From Thermoplasmata archaeon (GTDB taxonomy: Archaea; Thermoplasmatota; Thermoplasmata; Lutacidiplasmatales; UBA184), in NCBI GenBank assembly GCA_022749895.1, contig JAKIWS010000004.1:6195-70194 (forward strand): DNA of 64,000 nt. Direction: 5' to 3'. Below the pieces are notes generated by a model that had not been told where the DNA came from, did not search any database, and worked only from the letters and a program-made list of their open reading frames with translations. The position numbers and the translations under genes are program-made. This document shows, piece by piece, positions 44,402 through 52,477 of this stretch. Each line of letters starts with the position of its first letter. The stretch's first letter is position 1.

Positions 44402-45085
44402 ATGGTCGATTCTGGCCTCGGACCCTCGGCGCGCCGGCGCCAGGTCCGCTGGCTCGCGGTCGCGATCACCCTCGTGGCGGTCGGCACCGTGGGGGCAGCT
44501 TGGGCCGATGTGGTCCTGATGTTCCAGACCGGCGAAAGGGCCGGCTCGGTCGGCTCCCCTTTCGTCTTCGCCAACGGGGGCAACTACGCCTCGGCGAACG
44601 CCGAGGGGCTCACGACGAACACGTATCCCAACGCCCAAAGCGTCTCCGTCACCGCCGCGATCAACGGAGCCGCGGGAGCGTACGGGACGTACCTGCTGGA
44701 CACCCTCGAGATCGTGGGGAACATCACGACCGGGGCGACCTGGCATCTCCATCTCGATGTGACGACGGCGCTCGTCGGCACCGGCATCAACGCGGCGTTC
44801 GTTAGCTACTGCACGTCGGCCCCGACGGGGGTCCCGGATACTGGCGTGACGCTCGCGAGCGGTACGGATGCGAACGGAAACCCTTGGGCGATCTTCGGTC
44901 CGACCTGCGCCGGCACCCATTTCGCGCACTCCCTCCTCGCCGTGGGCCCGGGGGGAGCCGTGACCATCGTCGGACTGACCTCGGGGACGACGGTCGTGTA
45001 CGTATCGTTCCTGCTGGCGGTCACGAACACCGGAGCGACGACGACCACGGCGGCGGCACTGACGCTCGTAGCGAGCTCGCCGTGA
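44402..45085 (+). CDS. Exported/anchored Ala-Thr-Val-rich beta protein, paralog B
   Basis: RRRQVRWLAVAITLVAVGTVGAAWADVVLMFQT...GSPFVFANGGNYASA aligns by eye with paralog A. C-terminal TVVYVSF. Confidence 0.55.
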   Translation: MVDSGLGPSARRRQVRWLAVAITLVAVGTVGAAWADVVLMFQTGERAGSVGSPFVFANGGNYASANAEGLTTNTYPNAQSVSVTAAINGAAGAYGTYLLDTLEIVGNITTGATWHLHLDVTTALVGTGINAAFVSYCTSAPTGVPDTGVTLASGTDANGNPWAIFGPTCAGTHFAHSLLAVGPGGAVTIVGLTSGTTVVYVSFLLAVTNTGATTTTAAALTLVASSP

Positions 45086-45120
45086 CGGCGACCCCGCCGC
45101 GGGTGCCCCCCGCAACCGCG

Positions 45121-45128
45121 AGTATAAG
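45121..45128 (+). promoter_or_regulatory. TATA-like element (AGTATAAG) about 40 nt upstream of GTG 45164
   Basis: Isolated AT-rich octamer in the 78-nt intergenic gap. Confidence 0.3.
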
Positions 45129-45163
45129 CCGCCAGACCGCCTAGTTTCCGACCAGCGGGGGAG

Positions 45164-45742
45164 GTGACCGACCTGGTCGAACGCTCGCGCGACCTCCGGG
45201 ACCGCGCGTTCCTCGTGGTCCTCCTCCTCGTCGGCTCGGCGGCGCTCGCCAGCGGCCTCTTCAGCCTCCTCGTCCTCGGGAGCGCGTCGGCCCCGACGAT
45301 CTTTACCTCCGTCTTCGGCGCCTCCGTGCTCCTCGTCAGCTGGCTCTTTCTCGCCCCGGAAATCATGCCGCGGGTCTTCGAGTCTCCTCGCTCCGAGCTC
45401 GTCACCCTCTCCACCCCGATCCCCGCCACGCGACCGACAGGAACCCCGGTTCCCGCAGCTTCCCGACCACGTCCCGGCGCGCCCGCTCGGCCCCGCGTGG
45501 CGGCGGCATCGGCCGCCGCGGTGACCCCGGCGGTGGTGGGGCGCTCGCCCGCGGTGGCCGAACCCCTCCTTCCTTCGCGGCCGCGTCCCTCGACCCCGCC
45601 CGCCCCGTCGAGCGCCGCGTCCGAGGTGCTCAAAGAGCTCGACGACATCTACGAACAGCTCCAACCGCCGGACGACGACCGCCGACCGCCCGTGCTGCTC
45701 GACGCCCGGCCCCGAGGGCTCGGCGGCCCGTCCGCCAGTTGA
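45164..45742 (+). CDS. Two-TM membrane protein with a long Pro/Ala-rich tail
   Basis: FLVVLLLVGSAALASGLFSLLVLG and VFGASVLLVSWLFLAP TMs. The tail is low complexity, so the 3' extent is less certain. Confidence 0.4.
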   Translation: MTDLVERSRDLRDRAFLVVLLLVGSAALASGLFSLLVLGSASAPTIFTSVFGASVLLVSWLFLAPEIMPRVFESPRSELVTLSTPIPATRPTGTPVPAASRPRPGAPARPRVAAASAAAVTPAVVGRSPAVAEPLLPSRPRPSTPPAPSSAASEVLKELDDIYEQLQPPDDDRRPPVLLDARPRGLGGPSAS

Positions 45743-45773
45743 CCGGACCGTCGGCGAGGAACCGACGTGCGGG

Positions 45774-46496
45774 TTAGATCGGCCGAGCGTTGATCAGGAG
45801 CTCGACGAGCCGCGCCGACGCGGTGAGCAGGATCAGGAACAGCGGGAGCGTCGCCGCGCCCACCGTCCGCATTCCCACGGCGGGCCGTCCGGATCGTGCG
45901 CGATACTCCAGGCCGAGGCCCACCAGCAACGACCCCAAAGCGACCGGGGTCAGCACCACCGCCGCCATCCGGAGCGGCGGCGGTCCGGCGACGCCGAGCA
46001 CGATGCCGATGAGGGCTCCCCCGGCGCTCACCCGGTTGAACAGCTCCCGGGAGGCCGCACGGTCCTGCAGCAAGTACGCCGCCAAGACGATGGAACCACC
46101 GAGATTCGCCGCCGCGAGGAGCCCCAGGAGGATTCCCCCGAGATCCGGCGGCGAGACCTGGAACGGGAGGACGTACTCGTAGGTGATCGTCGGAAAGAAC
46201 AGGAGGAGGAGCGAGAACGTCCCGGTGGCGACGAACAGGACCGCGGGCAATTGGGGGAAGTGGTTGACCGCGCACACCTCGTGGCAGGTTCCGCTCCGGC
46301 GGAGCGATTCCACGAACCGGCAGCGCACGCACCGCTCGCGGCGGTGCGGCACCCCGCTCGCGGCCGCTACGCGATAGAGCCCGATCCCGAGCAGACCGCT
46401 CACGCTGAGGCAGGTCAGGAACGGGAGAGCGACGACGCCCAGATTCCCCCAATCGACGACGAGACCCACGCACGACGATGGCGGCCGGGGGGCCAT
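45774..46496 (-). CDS. Polytopic membrane protein with a 4-Cys cluster (DUF2085-like?)
   Basis: From ATG 46496: 6 or more hydrophobic segments, and CVRCRF-x12-CHEVC between TM1 and TM2. The upstream part of ORF 45774..46913 overlaps the divergent gene and is rejected. Confidence 0.55.
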   Translation of the reverse strand: MAPRPPSSCVGLVVDWGNLGVVALPFLTCLSVSGLLGIGLYRVAAASGVPHRRERCVRCRFVESLRRSGTCHEVCAVNHFPQLPAVLFVATGTFSLLLLFFPTITYEYVLPFQVSPPDLGGILLGLLAAANLGGSIVLAAYLLQDRAASRELFNRVSAGGALIGIVLGVAGPPPLRMAAVVLTPVALGSLLVGLGLEYRARSGRPAVGMRTVGAATLPLFLILLTASARLVELLINARPI

Positions 46497-46629
46497 ATAC
46501 CGTTCGCCGAACGCGCGGCCCCGGCCGCCGGCGCGCCCGGTTCCCGGGGGGGGAGGCGGACCGCAGGGTCGCCCGTGGGCGAATCGGGAATCGATATCCC
46601 CGAAGGGCCTTCCGTCGCGGCGAGGGCCG

Positions 46630-48051
46630 ATGAGGGAGTACGACGTGATCGGGATCGGGACGGGCTCGGCCGTCGCGGTCGTGGAGGGCCTGATACGCGC
46701 GCGGCCAGGCCTCAAGGCCGCCGTCATCGACAAGGACGAACCCGGCGGCATCTGCTTGACGCGCGGTTGCATCCCCTCCAAGATCCTCCTCTTCCCCGCC
46801 GAGGTCGTCCGAACCATCGAACGGGCCCCGGAGTTCGGCATCACCGCACCCGTTCGTAGCATCGACTTCGCCCGGGTCCTGGGACGGATGCGCTCCTTGA
46901 TCGGCGCCGACATCGAGGCGATCCGTCAAGGGCTTTCTCACGCGGCCGACCTCGACTACTACCCCACGACGGCGGAGTTCGTCGCCCCGTACACCTTGCG
47001 GGTGGGTGGGGAGACGGTCCACGCCACGACGATCGTCCTCGGCCTCGGTTCCGAGGTGACGGTTCCCCCGACCCCGGGGCTCGCCGACGCCGGCTTTCTC
47101 ACCAGCGACACGGTGATCCACGTGGAGAAGCTGCCCGGGAGCCTCGCCGTCATCGGGGGCGGATTCATCGCGGCCGAGTACGGGCACTTCTTCGCCGCGA
47201 TGGGGAGCAAGGTGACGATCCTCGGGCGCAACCCCCAGTTCCTCCCGGGGGAGGATCCCGAGGTGGCCCACGTCGCCCAGCAGGCGCTCGCGCGTCACCT
47301 TACGATCCTCGTGAACCACGAGGTCGTCGAGGTCCGCCGAACCCTGCGGGGCAAGAAGGAGGTGACCGCGGTGAATCGGGCCACGCAGGCGCGGACCGCG
47401 ATCACGGTCGACGAGATCCTCGTCGCCACGGGTCGGGGACCGACGACGGGGCGCCTGCATCCCGAGAAAGCGGGTATCGCCACCGACCCCCACGGCTGGG
47501 TCGTGGTGAACGAGTACCTCGAGACGTCACAACCCGGGATCTTCGCCCTGGGCGACGCGACCGGGCGGTTCCTCTTCAAGCACAAGGCGAACTACGACGC
47601 CAAGGTCGTCCACCGCAACTTGGTCGAGGGTCGCCGGGAAAAGACCGACTACCACGCGGTCCCCCACGCGGTCTTCACCGACCCCGAGGTCGCGGGCGTG
47701 GGCCTGACGGAGCCGGAGGCGCGGAACTCCGTCGCAGCCGAGAGGTTGCTGATCGGCCGCTACCGGTACGCGGACACGGCGAAGGGGGAGGCGATGGGCC
47801 TTACGTCGTCGCCCTACTTCGTGAAGGCCCTCGTCGACCGGGACGGGTACCGGATCCTGGGCGCCCACATCGTCGGACCCCACGCGTCGATCCTCATCCA
47901 GGAGGTCGTGAACCTGATGTATACTGAGGGTCAGAGCGCGCACGCGATCCGCGAGGGGATGCACATCCATCCGGCCCTCAGTGAGGTCGTCGAGCGCGCG
48001 TTCCTGGCCCTAGTACCGGCGTCCGGGCACACCCACACGATGACGCATTGA
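46630..48051 (+). CDS. Class I pyridine-nucleotide-disulfide oxidoreductase (dihydrolipoyl dehydrogenase / mycothione- or glutathione-reductase-like)
   Basis: YDVIGIGTGSA FAD fold, redox-active GGICLTRGCIPSK, second Rossmann fold IGGGFIAAEYG, and a C-terminal HIHPALSE interface motif. Confidence 0.85.
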   Translation: MREYDVIGIGTGSAVAVVEGLIRARPGLKAAVIDKDEPGGICLTRGCIPSKILLFPAEVVRTIERAPEFGITAPVRSIDFARVLGRMRSLIGADIEAIRQGLSHAADLDYYPTTAEFVAPYTLRVGGETVHATTIVLGLGSEVTVPPTPGLADAGFLTSDTVIHVEKLPGSLAVIGGGFIAAEYGHFFAAMGSKVTILGRNPQFLPGEDPEVAHVAQQALARHLTILVNHEVVEVRRTLRGKKEVTAVNRATQARTAITVDEILVATGRGPTTGRLHPEKAGIATDPHGWVVVNEYLETSQPGIFALGDATGRFLFKHKANYDAKVVHRNLVEGRREKTDYHAVPHAVFTDPEVAGVGLTEPEARNSVAAERLLIGRYRYADTAKGEAMGLTSSPYFVKALVDRDGYRILGAHIVGPHASILIQEVVNLMYTEGQSAHAIREGMHIHPALSEVVERAFLALVPASGHTHTMTH

Positions 48052-48127
48052 TGCGTACGAACGCGGAATCCCCCCGCCGCTGAGAACGAGCGGCGGGTTC
48101 ATACCCCGCGCCCGAATCTCCCTCGAG

Positions 48128-49096
48128 ATGAGCGCAACCCCCCCGGGAGCCACCGAGGCTCCCACGACCCCACCGACCCCGCCAACGCCGAAGCCGAAAA
48201 GCATGGGCGTGATCGCGGCGGTCGTCGTGGTCATCATCGTCCTCGTCGCCGCGGTGGGGGTGTACTACTACCTCAAGCCCAAACCCGCGAGCGCTCCGCT
48301 GCTCCAGGAGGCGGGGTTCACCGCGGGCGCGGTCGTCACGTTCACCTACAACGGCACGAACACTTTCGTCTGCAGCCACGCCCTCCTGAGCTACTTCCCG
48401 CAGGCCACGGCCGCCGCGGGCGCCACCCAATGCGAAGTGGGCGCGGCGACGCAGAACGCCATTCCGGATCAGGTCCCGGAATGGGTCCTGGTTCCGGCGT
48501 TTGCGGGGCTCTCGATCTTCGGCGTCGCGGCGCTCAACGCCTCCGCGCACGGGTTCCCGACCTTCCACGGTGCGACGTTGCTGACCGACTGTGGGGCGGG
48601 CGGAACCGTGGCGGCGTGTGTCGATCACCCGACCTTGATCTACTCTCCCCTCTTCACCCTGGTCGAACAACATATCGGAATCACCTCGGGCTACGGCGGG
48701 TACCCCGAGGGGGTGCTCCCGACCCCCTCCCACGATCACCTGCTGAACACCACGAGCGTGGTCCCGAACGTCGAGTGGGGCACGATCGTCGTGCTGGTCT
48801 TCGACCCGAACATCTTCCCGGACCGCACGACCGGCGTCTGCACCGCCGTCATCGCCGGCAGCTCGACGGCCCACTGCCTGACCAGCCTCACGGCGCTGGC
48901 GGCGGCCCTCTCGACGAGTTCGGCAAGCGTGGCGACCGCCAACGCGGGCAATCCGATCTGGCAGACCGAAAACAACACGTCGCTCCAGGTGCTGGTCCCC
49001 GGCGATCTCTCAATCGCCCAGCTCAACAACCTCGACTCGAACCTGTACATCCCGTTCGCCGTGAGCCCCGGCGCTCCGTCGTCCTTCCCGACCTAG
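48128..49096 (+). CDS. N-terminally anchored extracellular protein of unknown function
   Basis: Pro/Thr linker + TM (GVIAAVVVVIIVLVAAVGVYYY), then a Cys-containing, sequon-bearing ectodomain. I recognise no family. Confidence 0.5.
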   Translation: MSATPPGATEAPTTPPTPPTPKPKSMGVIAAVVVVIIVLVAAVGVYYYLKPKPASAPLLQEAGFTAGAVVTFTYNGTNTFVCSHALLSYFPQATAAAGATQCEVGAATQNAIPDQVPEWVLVPAFAGLSIFGVAALNASAHGFPTFHGATLLTDCGAGGTVAACVDHPTLIYSPLFTLVEQHIGITSGYGGYPEGVLPTPSHDHLLNTTSVVPNVEWGTIVVLVFDPNIFPDRTTGVCTAVIAGSSTAHCLTSLTALAAALSTSSASVATANAGNPIWQTENNTSLQVLVPGDLSIAQLNNLDSNLYIPFAVSPGAPSSFPT

Positions 49097-49164
49097 CGCG
49101 ACAGGTCCCCCCGGGGGAGCCACCGACGTCGGCGCTCCGCGCCGCCGCCACCAAACGCGCTGGT

Positions 49165-50094
49165 TCACCCGGGGGTTGACCGCCGGGCGTCGATCCGGAC
49201 CCACACCACGCCCTCCGTCGTCGGGTCGGGTTCGAACCCGAGCTTGGCGTACAGCCGGAAGGCGCTCTCGTTCTCGCGCGTTACGACGAGTCGGACCGAT
49301 TCGCCGGGGGCCTCACGAGCGAGCGCCCGAACGCTCGCTCGGATCACGGCCGTCGCGAGCCCCCGACGGCGACGTGCGGGAGCGACCATCACCTCGCTGA
49401 TCAGGAATCCGTTGAGCTCCTGGACCATCGTCGCGGCCGCCAGCTCGCCGCCGTCGTCGATACCGAACGAGGCGTCGGGGCGCCAGAGCCCGACGTGCCC
49501 CCCGACCAGGTCGTTCGTGCCGAGCTGGGCCTCCGAGGACGGCTCCCGCATCTGCGCGAACAACGCCCACTCGGCCGGACTGTCCGCGTAGGCGGCCGCC
49601 ATGAGGCGGGCGATCCGATCGACGTCCGCGGCGGTGAGCGGTCGGGGGGTGGGGACTCCGGGGACCGACGGGAGCTCACCCGCCCGCGCGAGCTCGAACC
49701 GGCAATCAACTCGCGTGCGGGGGTGGAAGCCGAACGCCCGCAGCGTCGGCGCGAGCGAGCGGGGGGATGGGGCGAGGGGAGGCCAGACCGTGAAGCGAAG
49801 GATCGTCTCCAACGCGGGCCCGACCGGGGGGAGCGACTGCAGGAGTCCGCCGAGCCCTTCGCCGTCGAACGCGGTGTCGAGCACGCTCACGTAGGCGCTC
49901 CAGCCGAGGTTCGGGTCCTTCAGGGCGGTCCAGGTCACGACACCGCACGGGCCACCGTCGGGGGCGAGGACGATGCGGCCGCGTGCGGGGACCGCGTCGA
50001 GGTCGGTGCGGAGCTCCCGAACGATGCCGGCCTGCCATTCCCGCAGCGAGGGGGGAGCATGGTCGAGGATTGCTCGAAGGAGCGGCTCGATCAA
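49165..50094 (-). CDS. GNAT family N-acetyltransferase (two-lobed)
   Basis: C-terminal motif A: VAPARRRRGLATAVIRASVRAL...FRLYAKLGFE. The start is uncertain: TTG 50094 is the first candidate downstream of the upstream gene's stop. Confidence 0.55.
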   Translation of the reverse strand: MIEPLLRAILDHAPPSLREWQAGIVRELRTDLDAVPARGRIVLAPDGGPCGVVTWTALKDPNLGWSAYVSVLDTAFDGEGLGGLLQSLPPVGPALETILRFTVWPPLAPSPRSLAPTLRAFGFHPRTRVDCRFELARAGELPSVPGVPTPRPLTAADVDRIARLMAAAYADSPAEWALFAQMREPSSEAQLGTNDLVGGHVGLWRPDASFGIDDGGELAAATMVQELNGFLISEVMVAPARRRRGLATAVIRASVRALAREAPGESVRLVVTRENESAFRLYAKLGFEPDPTTEGVVWVRIDARRSTPG

Positions 50095-50150
50095 CGCCGG
50101 TCGGGGCGCCGGGTCGACCGAGGTGAACGCGGGCGACGCCGTCCCTCCGC

Positions 50151-51140
50151 CTACGTCAGCGCACGACGCCAGAGCGGCGTGTGCCACGCCCGGTGGACCT
50201 CGGGCGCGCCGGTGGGCGGGAACACGACCCGGACGGCGGCCGCCCGACCGAACGCCATGTACTCCAACGAGTACCACGTCGCGGTCCACCCCCGGGCCGG
50301 GTCCTGCGCCGCCTCGCCGAAGTGGTACGTCTCCTCGAAGAAGCCGCTCGCCTTCCGGGCGATCGGGTACGACCGCTCCAGCGCTTCGGTCGCGTTCGTG
50401 GGGGCCGGAGCGCCGGGGGCGGCGTCGACCGGCACGTCGACCTCGAGGGGACCGACGAGGAGGCCGCGTCCGACCGCGTACTTGGCGAACGTCGTGCGGA
50501 ACCGTCCCAGCTCCTTGCGCTCGGCGAGAAGGATCCAGGTGAGCGGGTTCGACGTCGGCACCGGAACCGTGAACCGGCCGTCGCGTCGAATCCATCGGCC
50601 GATGTAGAGCCGGGCCCCGAGGCGCACGGTGAAATAAAGCCCGAAGAACGCCATCAGGCCGTAGACGGTCCACAGGTAGACCGGGAACGGCACGTGGTTC
50701 CGCTCGACGCCGAGCAGGAGCCAGAACGAGAACACCGACACGACGAGCGTGAGCAGGTTGATCGCCCGGTCCGCATCGAGCTCCAGCTTCCGCTCCGAGA
50801 ACGGAAGGAACGGCGGGACGGAGAAATGGGTGAAACCGTCCTGGAGCATGTGCGCGAGCCCGGCCGCCTCCATCACGGCGAAGAAGATCAGCGGGTTCCC
50901 GGGCGCGAGCCGCGGCGCGATCAGGAGCCCGCCCACCGACGCGACGATCGTGACGCCGAGGATCGAGTGGGTGATCCCGTGGTGGCGGAGGATCGGGAAC
51001 CGCTTCGCGAGCGGCCAGAAGATGATGTCGCCGTCCGGGAGGCCGCCCGCGAGCGCGCCCGCCGCCAGATACGACGGCTGGAACCCGACGAGGCCGAAGC
51101 TGACGAGGTACGCCACGAGGACGTGGGTGAAGAGGTCCAT
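50151..51140 (-). CDS. Membrane-bound metal-dependent hydrolase, YdjM/DUF457 family, with an extra C-terminal soluble domain
   Basis: MDLFTHVLVAYLV...HHGITHS...DGFTH His-rich motifs and several TMs. Confidence 0.7.
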   Translation of the reverse strand: MDLFTHVLVAYLVSFGLVGFQPSYLAAGALAGGLPDGDIIFWPLAKRFPILRHHGITHSILGVTIVASVGGLLIAPRLAPGNPLIFFAVMEAAGLAHMLQDGFTHFSVPPFLPFSERKLELDADRAINLLTLVVSVFSFWLLLGVERNHVPFPVYLWTVYGLMAFFGLYFTVRLGARLYIGRWIRRDGRFTVPVPTSNPLTWILLAERKELGRFRTTFAKYAVGRGLLVGPLEVDVPVDAAPGAPAPTNATEALERSYPIARKASGFFEETYHFGEAAQDPARGWTATWYSLEYMAFGRAAAVRVVFPPTGAPEVHRAWHTPLWRRALT

Positions 51141-51164
51141 CGACGGGGGCGCGACGAGGGGGGC

Positions 51165-51431
51165 CTAGATCAGGCCCTCCTCCATCACCTCAACGGATTC
51201 GACATGGGGCACTTTCGCGAGCGCGTGCTCGGTCGCGTCGAGGACGCCGCTGACGTCCGCCATCACCACGCTCAGCAACAGCGACTTGAGCCCGTAGGCG
51301 ATATCCTTGACCTGCATCCCCCGGAGCGTCACGCCGGCGGGAAGGCTCGCCCGGGCGGCTTCCCCCAGCGCCTTCATGTCGGTCTCGACACCCTGCGGCA
51401 TCAGCCGGAACAGCACGGCGACCTGCCCCAT
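51165..51431 (-). CDS. Archaeal translation elongation factor 1-beta (aEF-1beta)
   Basis: 88 aa, MGQVAVLFRLMPQGVETDMKAL...IAYGLKSLLLSVVMAD...VESVEV aligns by eye with known aEF-1beta. Confidence 0.9.
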   Translation of the reverse strand: MGQVAVLFRLMPQGVETDMKALGEAARASLPAGVTLRGMQVKDIAYGLKSLLLSVVMADVSGVLDATEHALAKVPHVESVEVMEEGLI

Positions 51432-51441
51432 CGTAGGCTCC

Positions 51442-51612
51442 CTACGGGCCTTCGAAGCCGCACTTCGGGCAGAGATAGGCGACGCTCTGGTCGCGGCACC
51501 GGCGGCACCGGCCGATCGTCGTGCCGGCGCAGTCCGGGCAGAGGAAATGGGTCGAGCCGTGGCCCGCGAGCGCGAGTCCGCACGACGAACAACTGGTCTC
51601 GGTGAATGCCAT
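51442..51612 (-). CDS. Zn-ribbon protein (56 aa) that typically precedes aEF-1beta in archaea
   Basis: CSSCG...CPDC...CRRC...CPKCG (four CxxC pairs). Only the C-terminal 56 aa of ORF 51442..52446 are used. Confidence 0.7.
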   Translation of the reverse strand: MAFTETSCSSCGLALAGHGSTHFLCPDCAGTTIGRCRRCRDQSVAYLCPKCGFEGP

Positions 51613-51641
51613 GGGGGCGTGCCTCTCCGACCGGAACCTCG

Positions 51642-52475
51642 TTAGGTGCGGGGCCGGCCGCGGCGGCGCGCGCCCACCCGGGAGGTCCATATAACAATCG
51701 CCCCGATGAAGGCGGCGAATCCGGCGACATAGTACGCGGTGTAGTTCGGTGCGGGCCCGGCGATGTAGAACGCGTGGCTGATCGACTCCGCGCCCCCGGC
51801 GAAACTGACGAGCCCGTGCTCGAGGCCCAGCGCGACGGCGAGCGTGTGCCACCCCGGAGCGAGGGCGGGGGGCACGAACGAGAAGCTGATCGGGTACGAG
51901 GCCCCGGCGGCGAGCCCCGGGACGGCGACCGTGCCGACGGGACTCCCGTCGAGCGTGACCGTGAGACCGAACGGCGAGACGCCCCCCGCCCCCGAGACGA
52001 CGAGCGTCCCCGAGAGCCGGAGCGGCGCCACGATCGTCAGCGCGAGCGTGAGGTTCGTCGACTCGTTCTTCGTGCCCAGCGTCGAAGTGACGACCACAGA
52101 GATCGTCGCGGATTCGGTGATGTTCGGCGCGGTGAACCCGAGCGTGATCGTGCCGTTCACGAGCACGCCCGACGGCGGCGCCAAAACCGAGCTCGTCGTG
52201 TTGGTCGCGATGAAGTACGCGTGGTACGACAACACCCCGCTCTGCGTGCCGTTCGCGGCGAAGGCCGGTCCGCCGGTCGCCGTCACGACGTACTTCGCCT
52301 TGAGCCCTTGGCCGAGGGTCGTTGGGCCGGTGATCGCTCCGGTGAGGGGCGTCGTCGAGCTGGCCGCGGCGGCGGGATGCGCGGCGACAAGGGCCAGCAC
52401 CGGAAGGAGCAGCAGGGCGAGAACGGCGAGCGCCGCCCCCCGCCACTTCCGGGCTCGATCGACGCCCAACGTCAC
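51642..52475 (-). CDS. Exported, sequon-dense protein with a C-terminal TM anchor, immediately downstream of aglB
   Basis: GTG 52475 lies 2 nt after the aglB TAG. Signal peptide WRGAALAVLALLLLPVLALVAA. 7 N-x-S/T sequons in 277 aa (NGT, NTT, NGT, NIT, NES, NLT, NYT). C-terminal TM + RRRGRPRT. Confidence 0.55.
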   Translation of the reverse strand: MTLGVDRARKWRGAALAVLALLLLPVLALVAAHPAAAASSTTPLTGAITGPTTLGQGLKAKYVVTATGGPAFAANGTQSGVLSYHAYFIATNTTSSVLAPPSGVLVNGTITLGFTAPNITESATISVVVTSTLGTKNESTNLTLALTIVAPLRLSGTLVVSGAGGVSPFGLTVTLDGSPVGTVAVPGLAAGASYPISFSFVPPALAPGWHTLAVALGLEHGLVSFAGGAESISHAFYIAGPAPNYTAYYVAGFAAFIGAIVIWTSRVGARRRGRPRT

Positions 52476-52477
52476 GC

